A DNA stretch of 59,683 nt from Acidimicrobiia bacterium (lineage in GTDB: Bacteria; Actinomycetota; Acidimicrobiia; IMCC26256; PALSA-555), in NCBI GenBank assembly GCA_038904515.1, contig JBCKKA010000003.1:1-59683 (forward strand), given 5' to 3'. The number at the start of each line of letters is the position of its first letter. The first letter of the stretch is position 1. Below the pieces are notes generated by a model. That model saw only the letters and a program-made list of their open reading frames with translations. It was not told the origin of the DNA and ran no database searches. Made by a program: the position numbers and the translations under genes. Below, in pieces: positions 1-10,546 of this stretch.

Positions 1-77
1 CCAAGTGGGGTATCAACGGTACCGAGCGAACCGGAAAATCCTAAGGGTTCGGGCAACGCTCTAGCGTGTATTTAGTT

Positions 78-1580
78 TTAGAGCTCGGTCTTATCGGTCC
101 AGAGAGCCCGTTCGTCGCCCATAGGGTCTAGGAGCAGCGGCCGGTCCACATCGAACTGCTGAGTTGCTCGTCGTTCAAGGTCGTAAGCGTCCCAACCGGG
201 ATTGCCGGTGCGAGCAAATGCGATCCACGCTGCGTGCATGGCGTCGGCAATGTCTTGACGCTCCGGTCCGTCGCCAGTCATCACGCTAAGGCCGGGACGA
301 TCAAGGGCGTCCCACATAAACGGCAATTCAAGCGCGTGGCAACTTCGCAACGCCCCGCCAAAGGCCGGAGTAGCCCAAGTGAACAGATACATAAATACCG
401 GCCGATCTTGCGCCACTTCGGCTTCGGCTAGCCGAATAGCCGGAATACGGAACACTCGGTCGGTGGCGATGGCAGTGTAGAGATCGGCCACCGATGTATC
501 GGGGCGATTGACGCGGTAGGTGGCAAGAGCCGCCTCGGTTTCTTCGCCAAATTCTGAGCGCATAACCGCAATAACTGCGTCGTGATCCATCTCACCAATG
601 CCGAGATCGAATACATGAAACAGCGTCATTTCGTCGGCGGTCGTTCCCACCATCACCGGAACATCGCCAGTTTTACCCGCGGCAATGGCGGCTAGTGGTG
701 GTTCGGGTAACACAGTTCCGTCAACCACCGGCATAAACGGCATGCCCGTGCGGCCGCTGTGGGCCAAAATATCTTTCTGCGCTTCAAGGATGGCTTCTAC
801 TGGAGCCGCTTCGAGTTCGGCCACCGTGGTGATGCCGGCATCGGCGAGCACTTTGCGGGCAGTAGTCGTGGCGGCTTCGCGACTTAGCGTAAAACTGGCC
901 GATCCCGACTGCACAATGACCCGATGAAACAGTCCTTGTGCTTGCGGAGTGCCGAGCAAAGTTCCTGCGCTCATGGCCCCCGCCGACTCGCCGAAGATTG
1001 TCACCTGATTGGGGTCGCCACCGAAGTTAGCAATGTTGTCGCGTACCCATTCGAGGGCAGCAATTTGGTCAAGAATTCCCGCGTTACCCGAACCGGCAAA
1101 TTCTTCACCGAAAATATCGTCGAGACACAAAAAGCCGAATGCACCCAAGCGATAGTTGATGGTTACCACTACGACATCACCGTGTTGGGCAAAGCGCGTG
1201 CCGTCGTAAATTGGAGTTGAGCCAGCACCGTTGACGAACGCGCCGCCGTGGATCCAGAACATTACCGGACGGAGCGCGTCGTCGAGCCCTGGGCTAAAAA
1301 TATTAAGAGTTAAGCACTCCGCTTCATCAAACTCAGGTGCCGGTGCACCGAGCGATTGCTCAAGAATCGATTCGAGTTGCGGGGCGACGGGGCTGGGTTT
1401 AGTCGCCGGCCGCACTTGCTCAAAAGTTTCGACCGGCCCGGGAGCGCGGAACCGATATTTTCCTACTGGCGGCGCGGCGAACGGAATGCCAAAAAATTGA
1501 TAGATGTCTTCGCGAACTAAGCCGCTTACTTTTCCGGCGGTGGTGTCGACGATAGGTTCGATGGTGTCGGCGGCGGCCAT
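78..1580 (-). CDS. type-B carboxylesterase/lipase (para-nitrobenzyl-esterase-like)
   Basis: The ORF track gives 78..1799. I trimmed it to the ATG at 1578-1580 (MAAADTIEP...), which follows a GGAGGA Shine-Dalgarno on the minus strand. The longer version would run into the recD 3-prime end. Motifs seen: WIHGGAFVNG (oxyanion region) and FGESAGAMS (GxSxG nucleophile elbow). Confidence 0.85.
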   Translation of the reverse strand: MAAADTIEPIVDTTAGKVSGLVREDIYQFFGIPFAAPPVGKYRFRAPGPVETFEQVRPATKPSPVAPQLESILEQSLGAPAPEFDEAECLTLNIFSPGLDDALRPVMFWIHGGAFVNGAGSTPIYDGTRFAQHGDVVVVTINYRLGAFGFLCLDDIFGEEFAGSGNAGILDQIAALEWVRDNIANFGGDPNQVTIFGESAGAMSAGTLLGTPQAQGLFHRVIVQSGSASFTLSREAATTTARKVLADAGITTVAELEAAPVEAILEAQKDILAHSGRTGMPFMPVVDGTVLPEPPLAAIAAGKTGDVPVMVGTTADEMTLFHVFDLGIGEMDHDAVIAVMRSEFGEETEAALATYRVNRPDTSVADLYTAIATDRVFRIPAIRLAEAEVAQDRPVFMYLFTWATPAFGGALRSCHALELPFMWDALDRPGLSVMTGDGPERQDIADAMHAAWIAFARTGNPGWDAYDLERRATQQFDVDRPLLLDPMGDERALWTDKTEL

Positions 1581-1630
1581 AGCGTCCTCCTGAGGGTTCG
1601 CGGTTTCTAACAACGCTAGTGGTGCACGCG

Positions 1631-3532
1631 CTAGCGGCGCAGATGCCCGACTAGCCCCGATGCTCTTACGGCCGGAGTATTGATTGCCGTCACGAGAGCG
1701 GCGGAAGAAGCCACCACGCTCACTTGAGTGCGGGCTCGAGTGAGGCCGGTATAGAGCAACTCTCGGCTGAGAACCCGAGCGGGCGCCTCGGGCAGGCACA
1801 CCACCACCCGATCGAATTCAGACCCTTGGGTCTTGTGGATGGTGCTGGCCCACCAAGTTTTATGTTCCCCGACTTGCGAAGGGCTTAGCCGCCGCCAGCC
1901 GTCGTTAGTTTCGAATACCACTTTTAATTCACTCGCAGAAGAGTCTTCGCTAGAGATGTCGTTTACTACTAGGCCAGTATCGCCATTAAATAAATTATTG
2001 AGATAGTCGTTAACGGTAATCATTATTGGGCGACCCGCGTACCACGCTTGGCCAGCATCGCAATCGGGTATTTGTTTTAGCAATTCAATTTGTATTTTTT
2101 CGGTCCAGTAGTTGACGCCAAACTTTCCGTAGCGAGTTGCGCACACCACATTGTGTTCTACACTTTCACGCATTGCGTCATCGATATTTCCGGCGCGCGC
2201 TTCGGTAACAACTTTTAGCGCCGCGGCGACCGCTTCGTCTTCAACTTTTTGAGCCGCATTATTATCGGTTGGATCTATCCAAGCAACATCGGTCCGTCCT
2301 TCACTTAACAGCGCGAGCACGGCATCGGTTTCACCAAGACGTACCAAATCGGCGAGTTCGGCGATGCCGGAACCCGCTTCGAAGCGATAGTTGCGCGTGA
2401 GTTTTACCGTACGAGCTCCGAGATCGCTGGCGGCCGCAATTGAGCTGGGGTCGGTCGGGCTGGGGTCGGTCGGGCTGGTCGTGGCCGCAGCAACGATGTC
2501 GCCCAGTACCGCACCGGCTTCTACGCTGGCGAGTTGGTCAGGATCGCCCACCAGAACGATTGATGAGTGGGGAGAGAGTGCGTCGAATAATTGCGTCATG
2601 AGAGCCAAATTCACCATTGATGCTTCGTCAACCACGATCAAGTCGCAGGGCAACGGATTGGCCGCATTAAAGCTTGCCGAGTGTTGAGGGGTGATACTCA
2701 AGAGCCGGTGCAAGGTGGTGGCTTTGATCTGAGCCAACCGCCCACGAGCGGTTGAAGCAGTGGGCAAGGCTTCCATTTCTTGATGAATAGCTTCGGTCAT
2801 ACGGGCGGCGGCTTTTCCGGTGGGCGCGGCGAGCGCAATCGCACTGGGCCGATCACCATCGAGCGCGATACGGGCGGCGAGAAGTCGGGCGATGGTGTGA
2901 GTTTTTCCGGTACCGGGTCCGCCCGCGATAACGGTGAAGTTTCCGGCGAGCGCGCGGCGCGCGGCGTCGCGCTGAAGATCGGGTGGCACGGTCTCGGCTC
3001 CGTAGATGGAGGTTAGGACCGCTTCAATTTTGCCCGCTTCAATTTTGCCGGTATCAATTTTGCCGGCATCAACTTGTTTATCGGTGGTTGTGCCGGCACG
3101 AGTTAGTACTGCCGCGGCGAGTCGCAACTCGTAGTCGTAGTAGCGATCCAGATAGAGCCGTTCGCCGTCGAATATCAGCGGCACGATAATTTCACCGGGT
3201 TGAGAATCTATCACCTCGCCTGCTGTCACTACTCGCACTGCCGGACTGGCAGTTAACGAGGCTCGCCATTCGTCGGGGCTGGGCCACGCAAGTTTTTTAG
3301 TTCCGTCGGTGACCTCAACACCAACATCGGCGTTATCGATCATCACGCACACATGGCCTTCGCGAGTGGTGCGCACTGCTAACGCCGCGCCTAATACAAC
3401 ATTCTTATCTTTGATATTCATAAGCCGAGCAATCGCCGCGGCCGCGTGTACATCAATCGGTTCGAATATTCCTGCGTTAACAAAACCTTCGAGATGTTTC
3501 ACCGCGGCAGGGACGGCAATATCTATGGTCAT
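1631..3532 (-). CDS. recD: exodeoxyribonuclease V alpha subunit RecD (SF1 helicase)
   Basis: Motifs seen: P-loop GGPGTGKTHT, Walker B VVDEASMV, GDPDQL, and C-terminal TIHKTQGSEF and LLYTGLTRAR. The ATG at 3530-3532 overlaps the recB stop (ATGA). It is the third gene of a recC-recB-recD string. Confidence 0.85.
   Translation of the reverse strand: MTIDIAVPAAVKHLEGFVNAGIFEPIDVHAAAAIARLMNIKDKNVVLGAALAVRTTREGHVCVMIDNADVGVEVTDGTKKLAWPSPDEWRASLTASPAVRVVTAGEVIDSQPGEIIVPLIFDGERLYLDRYYDYELRLAAAVLTRAGTTTDKQVDAGKIDTGKIEAGKIEAVLTSIYGAETVPPDLQRDAARRALAGNFTVIAGGPGTGKTHTIARLLAARIALDGDRPSAIALAAPTGKAAARMTEAIHQEMEALPTASTARGRLAQIKATTLHRLLSITPQHSASFNAANPLPCDLIVVDEASMVNLALMTQLFDALSPHSSIVLVGDPDQLASVEAGAVLGDIVAAATTSPTDPSPTDPSSIAAASDLGARTVKLTRNYRFEAGSGIAELADLVRLGETDAVLALLSEGRTDVAWIDPTDNNAAQKVEDEAVAAALKVVTEARAGNIDDAMRESVEHNVVCATRYGKFGVNYWTEKIQIELLKQIPDCDAGQAWYAGRPIMITVNDYLNNLFNGDTGLVVNDISSEDSSASELKVVFETNDGWRRLSPSQVGEHKTWWASTIHKTQGSEFDRVVVCLPEAPARVLSRELLYTGLTRARTQVSVVASSAALVTAINTPAVRASGLVGHLRR
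2445..2474. repeat. in-frame 15-bp tandem duplication inside recD (CTGGGGTCGGTCGGG x2; encodes SPTDP-SPTDP)
   Basis: Read directly from the sequence. Confidence 0.9.
3021..3080. repeat. in-frame 15-bp tandem repeat inside recD (GCTTCAATTTTGCCS x3 plus one degenerate unit; encodes GKIDT-GKIEA-GKIEA)
   Basis: Read directly from the sequence. Confidence 0.9.
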
Positions 3533-6500
3533 CGCGACCTCTTGCTCGCGGTGGTCAGATTGCCGGCCAGCAGATCGCTGGTTGCTACTACTAACTCGGA
3601 TGGCAACGGCCACGAGAACACCCCGTTAGGCTCGCCGTCGGTAATCGGAGTTTGAGGGCCCGTCATACCCCGTACAAACAAGTAAGCCACCCCTCCCAGA
3701 CTTTCTTTGGGGTCGTAGTCGCGTATCCGAGAGCGCAAGTAGCGGTGCAGCGCCACCGAATACAACAGTGCTTGGAGGGGGTAGTGATGGTTGGCCATCT
3801 CCACCGCTAACCGACTGGGTTCGTAATCGCGGGCGAGCATTGGTTGTCCGGGCTCGCTTAGACCGTTGGTCTTGTAGTCGCTAACGACATACTTCTTTGT
3901 CGTGCCGCTCCCAGATATTCGAAATACCGTGTCAATCGAACCAGTTAAATGACCAACTAAATCAACATTAAATAATCCGGTACTAAGTTTTTCGGCCCAT
4001 GGTCGCAACGGATCGTCGGCGTCCATATGTGCCAATATCAAATTACCCAAGTCGCGATCGGTTGCTGGGTTATCGCCATCGCCCAGCCGGAGTTCGAACG
4101 CGACTTCCGCAAGACAATCGGTCTTTTTGATATCGGCCAGAGTTTTATTTTCGAGCTGCGGTCCGAGCGGACTTTGCATTGCCGCGAGCAGGCCGGCAAC
4201 GAGCGCTTTTTTGTCAATTTCTTCTTCGACACCACGCAGATTTTTATCGACGCGTTTTCGTAACTCGTCTTCAACATCAGCCGCGGCAAAATCGAGATCG
4301 TCGAGAACTTTATGCACCAGCGTTCCGAAAGTGGCTCCTTTCGGAAGCGCACCCAGGGGAAGGTCGGTAGCAGGTGCTCCGGCGGATATTCCCTCTAGTC
4401 GGTTTGCGTCGCGATCGTTGAGATCAACACTTACTCGGGGTTCGTCGGCGGCCCCTTGATCGCCTAAAGAATCGTCAGTAGCCATCGGCGCGCCAAACGC
4501 TCCGTGCCGGTCGCGGCTGCTGATCTTGCTAAACGACCACCGTTCTTTGGTTATTTCTAATTCACGATTAAAAATCGCCGCCGCTAATTCGGGCAGCACG
4601 GGCGCGGCGAGGGGGTCTATCCACTTATCGCGCGGGCGTTCCGCTACTCCGGGAGCAACGACCGACAACGCGCCTCCGCTCGCCTCAACCCGAGGGGCAA
4701 GGGAAGCCATGATCTCTTTGTCATGATTTAAAAGATTGGTTTCGTTAGGAAAGATCAACGGTTTCAGTGTCGATCTTTTCCAGTTTTGAGTGGGCGACCA
4801 CCAAGCGATACCCAAATGTTTTGCCCGAGTTAACGCCACGTAGCCCAAGCGAGCGTTTGCTCCCGCCTGTTCGGCTTTGGCGAGATCCATTCGCCCCTTG
4901 GCCATACTTTTGCTCGGCCATTCGCATTTATTAGCAACATCAAATGTGCGCACCTTGGTATCCGGATCGACATAGATGCATTCATCTCGACTAACTGATA
5001 AGCGGCCACGCCAGAGCGTGGGTGCGAGCACTACGGGAAACTCCAATCCCTTAGCGCCGTGGATAGTCATAATCTGTACCGCTTCGGCTTCGGACTCGAT
5101 TCTCCGAGCAAAAACATCGTCGTCGCTTCGATTGCCTTGGTTTTCTTCACTCAGAGTCGTGAGTACTCGACGTAATTGGGCTGCGGTTATTCCGTCGCGG
5201 GGTGACGACTGTTGGAGCAGCTCAGTGATGTGTTCAAGGTCGGTTAAGTGGCGGTCACCGAGGTTTTGTTCTAGCAACCGTTGTTCCACTTTGCTGTCGC
5301 GCCAAACCTGCCCACAAAATTCGGTGACGCTGTGGTTGGCCAGCGTGGTCTCCCAGAGTTGAAGTTTCTGTTGAACTTCCGCTAGTTGTTCATCGTTAGT
5401 GGCCGCGACTTCGGCCGCACTCCAACCAAAAAACCAAGTAAGGGCTACCGCCCGAGCTCGAGTGGGGTCGGACGGGTCGAGCAGCGCGGCTAATAATTCC
5501 TGCCACTGCTCACTCGCTTCCGATTCGAGCACATTGGCTCCCTTAGCCACTACGGCGGGAACCCCACTTTCGATTAAGGCTTTTTGAATTTTTTGTGCTT
5601 CTTTGTTTGTGTTTACCAGTACGGCAATATCAGCCGGTCGCAGTGGTCGGTACGCGCCTTCTCCGTGGTCACGATCAGGGATTTCGGCTTCGTTGAGTAG
5701 TTGGTGAGTTTGAACTACTAGGTCGGCGGTAATAATTTTTTCGGCGTAGTCAGTAGAAACCGATCCGTTTTTCATTCGCTTGGAGTCGTCAATTTTTTCG
5801 CTGGCCATTATCCGTATTTCGACACCAGGTTGATCGGTACCTTTAGTGCGAATCCGAGTTGACCGATGGTCGGGTGCGGGTGAAACCGGTACGTATTTAA
5901 TGCGGCCATCGCCAAAGTCGGCTTGACCGAGTAGGGCGTTCAAGCCATCAAGGACAACTCCGTCGGAGCGCCAATTGACACTGAGATTGCGATGTTCGGT
6001 GCCCGCGATATTGATGGCGGCGAGATAGGTGTGGATGTCGGCTCCGCGGAATCCGTAGATCGCCTGTTTAGGATCGCCCACCATGACCAGCGCAGTATTG
6101 GGTGCGGCTTCAGAAAAAATGCTGCTAAAAATCTCCCACTGCACGGGGTCGGTATCTTGAAATTCATCAATCAGCGCCACTCGATAACGCTCACGTAGAC
6201 TCTCGCCGGTAAGGGGATCGTTGGCGATTGCGTCTCGTAGTTGTACCAACACGTCGTCAAACGAAAGTGTTCCTGCGGCTTGTTTGCGCGCCGCGATTTC
6301 GGCGGTCGCACGGTCAACGAGCAGTCGCCACTTAAGTGCAGTTTCGGTTTCGTATGTGGCCGCCTCACCGCTAGCCGCGTTTTCGATGCGGGGTTCTAAT
6401 TCAATGCCGCGGTTACCGATAACTTTTTGTACCAGTTTTATTAGCGCGCCTTCGTCGGGCAGTCGATTTAGCGCGATTCCGCCGGTGGTAGACGCAATAA

Positions 6501-7008
6501 TCAAACAGTCGGCCACCACTTGTTTGACTAGATCGTCAGCATCCTCGGCTAAAACCGCATCGATATTTTCGGTGCTGGTAATACCGATTTGGGTGAGAGT
6601 CTGAGTAACGAATCCGTGGATAGTGGTGATAATCGCAGTGTCAAAAGCTTCGAGGGCAGTTTTAAGCCGTGATCGGTATTGCTCCCGCCGTGATTCATTA
6701 TTTTCAATTTCGTTCGCCCAGGCTTCGAAAACTTCGTCATCGTTTGCCGCCGCCCGCAGCGAACTTTCATCGTCTAAGGCCAGTACCGCATCTAAAATTC
6801 GACTGCGGACTCGGTCGCGTAAATCGGCCGCCGCGGCCCGCGTGAAAGTGACTATGAGCATTTGGTCGATGCGGATACCGTTTTCCGCAATTTGCCGTAA
6901 GGCCAAGTTGGCGAGCGCGTAGGTTTTCCCAGTGCCGGCGCTGGCTTCAATCGCGTAGCGACCCTGCGGTAGGGGGCCAACCGCCTCATGGCTTTGCCCA
7001 GTAGTCAT
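3529..7008 (-). CDS. recB: exodeoxyribonuclease V beta subunit RecB (UvrD-type helicase plus PD-(D/E)xK nuclease)
   Basis: The protein is 1159 aa. Motifs seen: N-terminal EASAGTGKTY P-loop, LIDEFQDTDP, TIHGAKGLEF, and a C-terminal nuclease core ending in VVSDYKTN. The start overlaps the recC stop (ATGA at 7005-7008). Confidence 0.9.
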   Translation of the reverse strand: MTTGQSHEAVGPLPQGRYAIEASAGTGKTYALANLALRQIAENGIRIDQMLIVTFTRAAAADLRDRVRSRILDAVLALDDESSLRAAANDDEVFEAWANEIENNESRREQYRSRLKTALEAFDTAIITTIHGFVTQTLTQIGITSTENIDAVLAEDADDLVKQVVADCLIIASTTGGIALNRLPDEGALIKLVQKVIGNRGIELEPRIENAASGEAATYETETALKWRLLVDRATAEIAARKQAAGTLSFDDVLVQLRDAIANDPLTGESLRERYRVALIDEFQDTDPVQWEIFSSIFSEAAPNTALVMVGDPKQAIYGFRGADIHTYLAAINIAGTEHRNLSVNWRSDGVVLDGLNALLGQADFGDGRIKYVPVSPAPDHRSTRIRTKGTDQPGVEIRIMASEKIDDSKRMKNGSVSTDYAEKIITADLVVQTHQLLNEAEIPDRDHGEGAYRPLRPADIAVLVNTNKEAQKIQKALIESGVPAVVAKGANVLESEASEQWQELLAALLDPSDPTRARAVALTWFFGWSAAEVAATNDEQLAEVQQKLQLWETTLANHSVTEFCGQVWRDSKVEQRLLEQNLGDRHLTDLEHITELLQQSSPRDGITAAQLRRVLTTLSEENQGNRSDDDVFARRIESEAEAVQIMTIHGAKGLEFPVVLAPTLWRGRLSVSRDECIYVDPDTKVRTFDVANKCEWPSKSMAKGRMDLAKAEQAGANARLGYVALTRAKHLGIAWWSPTQNWKRSTLKPLIFPNETNLLNHDKEIMASLAPRVEASGGALSVVAPGVAERPRDKWIDPLAAPVLPELAAAIFNRELEITKERWSFSKISSRDRHGAFGAPMATDDSLGDQGAADEPRVSVDLNDRDANRLEGISAGAPATDLPLGALPKGATFGTLVHKVLDDLDFAAADVEDELRKRVDKNLRGVEEEIDKKALVAGLLAAMQSPLGPQLENKTLADIKKTDCLAEVAFELRLGDGDNPATDRDLGNLILAHMDADDPLRPWAEKLSTGLFNVDLVGHLTGSIDTVFRISGSGTTKKYVVSDYKTNGLSEPGQPMLARDYEPSRLAVEMANHHYPLQALLYSVALHRYLRSRIRDYDPKESLGGVAYLFVRGMTGPQTPITDGEPNGVFSWPLPSELVVATSDLLAGNLTTASKRSR

Positions 7009-10000
7009 TTTTTTGTCCTAGTTTTGGCGAGAGTCACTGGTGCGATACTCGGTTTGGCGGCACAGAATTCGTTTACTGCATTCCAGAGGTACCGCGCGTA
7101 ATGCTCAGCCCGACTACTGGTGGGATTGTATTTTAAGCCATCGGGGTCGTAGCCGCGCACGGGTAGGGCATAAATACCAGACCATTCGAGATCGGCGAAT
7201 ACTTTTTTGTGGACGGTGTCATCGCCCTCTTGGTAACCGCGAAAACCGTCACTCCAATCTTTATTCGCGTCAATGCGCTCGCCGGCGGCCATTTTTTGCG
7301 AAAGCTTAAATAGCGGAATCGGTTCACGAGTCGCGCGACGGAAACAATCAACGATTACGGCTAAGCCTTCAAGTGCTTGCTGCTCGCGTTCGGCGGGCGT
7401 CGTACTGACGACATTTAACTCAAGCAAATCAGGGGGGAGATCCTTTTTTTCTCCTCGGCGTAAGCAAACCGAACGCCAATCGGTAGCGGGGTCGAGTGCA
7501 GTTAATAACATCAAATCGAGCGCCGCGTGAAGGTGTTGAACGGCATTAGCCCGCTTAAATTCAACCGCTAGCGATCCGGGCTCGGCCCCAAGGTCCACCG
7601 CACCCACCAATCGAGTTCCGTCGGGCAGGATTAAATCAATTGACTGGCGGTCGGTACTAGTGGGGTCGATGCCGGCATCAGCAATGATGGTCATGAATTG
7701 CTTAACTTCTGCTTCTAAAGCCACGATTGCGGCATCGCCGTACGGACCGGGTGGCAGCGTCCCTTTGGATCGCTCAACTCGCTTCCAAATATCGACGGCA
7801 TTTTCGTTACTGCTGCTGATTAGTAATCGTTTACCCACGATTGCTTTTTCAAGATTACCGAGCGTGGTGGCGAACTCGTCGTCCGGCACTTCGTTTTCGT
7901 AAGCCAGCCGCACTTGGAGACCTTGTTTAAAAAACCATTTAACGGGATGGCGTAAGAACTCGCGTAAATCGGTAAGCGAAATAGTGGCCGCGTCGGCCGC
8001 GTCGGCTTCGATTGGCGCGGATAAATACTCTGACTCTGCTTGACGACTTTCATCATCAGTCGAGCCGATTTGGTAATTCGTTCGCGCTCGTGCCCCTTCG
8101 CGGGCTTGTAAATCAAAACTCCACGCGCGTTCAACGCCAAGTTGGTGGGGATAAAAATTGACCGCACTAGTCTTTTGGCGAGGGTGAGTGATCTCGATAT
8201 GAGACCAAGCGTTCACCTGCTCGGCGTCGGCCAGAGTGGAGTTGATCGTGTCGCGCAGTTCGGCCATCACGACCGCATCAGGAATTTTTTGGTTAGTGCG
8301 CAGATCGTGACCTTCGCGAGTGATAATTAAACGCTCGCGAGTGCTGAGCACGGCTTCCAGCAAACTCTGACGAGCATCGGCTCGGCTGTCGCGATCGCCG
8401 ACTTGCGGTGTACGAGCGCTGATGTCGTCGCTCCGTGGGGTTACTTTGCTTAGAGATCCTTCATCGAGTCCCAGAATGGCCACTACCCGAAACGGAACTC
8501 CTTGTAGCGGCGTAAGCGACGAAACGGTTATTGCGCCCCGATAAAAATCGGGGCGGCTGGTCGTGCCTTCGAGTAGCGGTTTCAACAGTTGGTTAATGTC
8601 GGCGAGTTCGAGGGGAGTAGTGCTTTCGGGCGCGTCATCGCCATGACCAACTACTGCGGTAGTTGAAATTTTTTCAAGTTCGCCCCGCAGCCAGTCGAGA
8701 TCGTTTTGTTCGCGCTCGCGGGGATCGGTAAAGAACTGAGTGGCGGCTTGGGATAATTCTTCGCACCATTCGCGCGCCGAGTGGCCAGTGCCGGCAAAAT
8801 CGGCCAAGCGACTTAACCGCTCAAAGGCATCGGCTATCCGCCCGACAGTTTCGGGTGCGTCGCCACCGCCGGCGCAGGGCGCTACTTCACCGGGACCGAG
8901 TCCGAGTTCGGTGCTGCGCACAACTACTCCCAACAAAAGTTGATCAAGACCAGATCGCCAAGTGTTGGTTGTGATTGAAGTAGGTATGTTCCATTGTTTA
9001 CGGGCTTTGACATCGCGGCCCCAACGCACATTAGTTTTATCAACCCAGGTTTCGAGACTAGAAAAATCGCGATCACTCAAGCCAAAGCGGTTACGCACCA
9101 AGTCGAGGCCTAAAAATTCAGTCACTGCTGACGCGCTAAACCGGCTGCCAATTAAATCGATTAGCGCGCCCAACGCGTTGAGCACAGGATAAATCTCGCG
9201 TTGAGAACGGTCGGCGATTTGCACCGTCAATCGGGGGCCATCGGATTCTCGGGCAACTTTTTCGCCGAGCGTGGCAAAAGTTGCTTCGATCAAAGCGGCG
9301 TAGTCGTTTAGCGCCGGGCACACGATCAAGATGTCGTCCTGCGAAAGAGTGGGGTCTTCGGATAACGCGTGCAGCAATGCGTCGTGCAGCACCTCGACTT
9401 GTCGCGTCTTGCCGTGACATCCGTGAATCCGTATCGAACGGTCGGTACTCGCGAGGGTGAAATTATTTTGCGGTTCGGTGTCGGCCCGCACATCGTATTG
9501 AATTTGGGCCAACAGGGTGGCGGGGTTGGTCGCCGTCGGACTATCCGATTTATACCGCGCACTTTCTCCGGTAGCTCGGGCCAGCAATACTGCGCGCTCG
9601 CGAGCGGGTTGGCTCCACGAACGCAAAAGAGGATGGGTGACGACAGTTAGCGAAGTGTCATCACTCCGGTCCCCGTGCGGTTTGCCCTGCGAAAGTTTTT
9701 GCACGGCATCGAGCGCCGTAAATGACGGCTCAAGTAGATAGAGATAAACATCTCGCTTAACGCTTAGAGCATCGGCCATTTCTAGAAACAGCTCACCGCC
9801 AGGTAGTCCGGTTACGCCAAAAAGCGAAAGTCGTTGGGGGAGTTTGGGCTTGACTTCGCCGGTTCGCAATTTTTCGATCAACTCGGGCATACGCTCGGGC
9901 GCACTATTTTGGCCAACTATTTCACGGGTGGCTCGCCATAAGGCCGGCTGCCACTTCATTACGTCAGCTAGCGACGCACCGCGGTCATCAACATCGTGTG

Positions 10001-10472
10001 CTTCCATCCACGCGCGCATCATGGCGGGACGGTGGTTGGCGTAGTGATCGAATAAGTCGGCGATGTAGCGCGCCCGTCCATAAATACTGGCGCCGTTAGC
10101 CACTTTGCTTAGAGGCTTTATCAACGGATCTTTGCTTTCACTAATTGCTGCGAGCACCGCCCAAGTAAGGCGGTCAACCGACCACGGATCCTCTTCGGCG
10201 TTTTCAAAGGGCGCATCGGAGTCGGCGGCCAGTAGCGCGGTTCTTAACGACCCGGGATAGGTGAACTTAATGTTGGCCACCACGCCATCGTTGGCGCTCT
10301 TACTGCTCGCGCCGAGTGTGCGAGCGAGCTCAAGTTGCAGCCAACGCTTAACGCCCGCGGCGGGAACCGCGATCCATTCTTCGACGAACTCGTCTTCGAG
10401 CGGATCGGCAAGAGTTTTACTTAGTGCTTGAGCGAGAAGGCCCATTCGCTCAGAGTGGCGCAAATAAAGCAT
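7005..10472 (-). CDS. recC: exodeoxyribonuclease V gamma subunit RecC
   Basis: This protein of about 1155 aa lies directly upstream of recB and overlaps it. I chose the ATG at 10470-10472 because MLYLRHSERMGLLAQAL resembles the RecC N-terminus as I recall it from E. coli (MLRVYHSNRLDVL). The region VPAAGVKRWLQLELA...ANIKFTYPG also fits that N-terminal domain. The ORF-track start at 10505 remains possible. Confidence 0.85.
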   Translation of the reverse strand: MLYLRHSERMGLLAQALSKTLADPLEDEFVEEWIAVPAAGVKRWLQLELARTLGASSKSANDGVVANIKFTYPGSLRTALLAADSDAPFENAEEDPWSVDRLTWAVLAAISESKDPLIKPLSKVANGASIYGRARYIADLFDHYANHRPAMMRAWMEAHDVDDRGASLADVMKWQPALWRATREIVGQNSAPERMPELIEKLRTGEVKPKLPQRLSLFGVTGLPGGELFLEMADALSVKRDVYLYLLEPSFTALDAVQKLSQGKPHGDRSDDTSLTVVTHPLLRSWSQPARERAVLLARATGESARYKSDSPTATNPATLLAQIQYDVRADTEPQNNFTLASTDRSIRIHGCHGKTRQVEVLHDALLHALSEDPTLSQDDILIVCPALNDYAALIEATFATLGEKVARESDGPRLTVQIADRSQREIYPVLNALGALIDLIGSRFSASAVTEFLGLDLVRNRFGLSDRDFSSLETWVDKTNVRWGRDVKARKQWNIPTSITTNTWRSGLDQLLLGVVVRSTELGLGPGEVAPCAGGGDAPETVGRIADAFERLSRLADFAGTGHSAREWCEELSQAATQFFTDPREREQNDLDWLRGELEKISTTAVVGHGDDAPESTTPLELADINQLLKPLLEGTTSRPDFYRGAITVSSLTPLQGVPFRVVAILGLDEGSLSKVTPRSDDISARTPQVGDRDSRADARQSLLEAVLSTRERLIITREGHDLRTNQKIPDAVVMAELRDTINSTLADAEQVNAWSHIEITHPRQKTSAVNFYPHQLGVERAWSFDLQAREGARARTNYQIGSTDDESRQAESEYLSAPIEADAADAATISLTDLREFLRHPVKWFFKQGLQVRLAYENEVPDDEFATTLGNLEKAIVGKRLLISSSNENAVDIWKRVERSKGTLPPGPYGDAAIVALEAEVKQFMTIIADAGIDPTSTDRQSIDLILPDGTRLVGAVDLGAEPGSLAVEFKRANAVQHLHAALDLMLLTALDPATDWRSVCLRRGEKKDLPPDLLELNVVSTTPAEREQQALEGLAVIVDCFRRATREPIPLFKLSQKMAAGERIDANKDWSDGFRGYQEGDDTVHKKVFADLEWSGIYALPVRGYDPDGLKYNPTSSRAEHYARYLWNAVNEFCAAKPSIAPVTLAKTRTKK

Positions 10473-10546
10473 TAGGAAAATTACATTAGTAGCCACCTGG
10501 GACATTGACTCCGGGGCTTACGATTTTGGTTCGCAATTGGCTCAAC

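Noticed and set aside
1-77. A possible C-terminal fragment of a plus-strand gene ending at the TAG at 73-75.
   Set aside because: Only 24 codons are visible, with no motif, so it cannot be supported.
1581-1799. N-terminal 73-aa extension of the esterase ORF (78..1799), which overlaps the recD 3-prime end.
   Set aside because: The extension is Arg/Ser/Pro-rich and reads like out-of-frame recD antisense. A well-placed ATG with a GGAGGA lies at 1580, and homologous esterases begin near that point.
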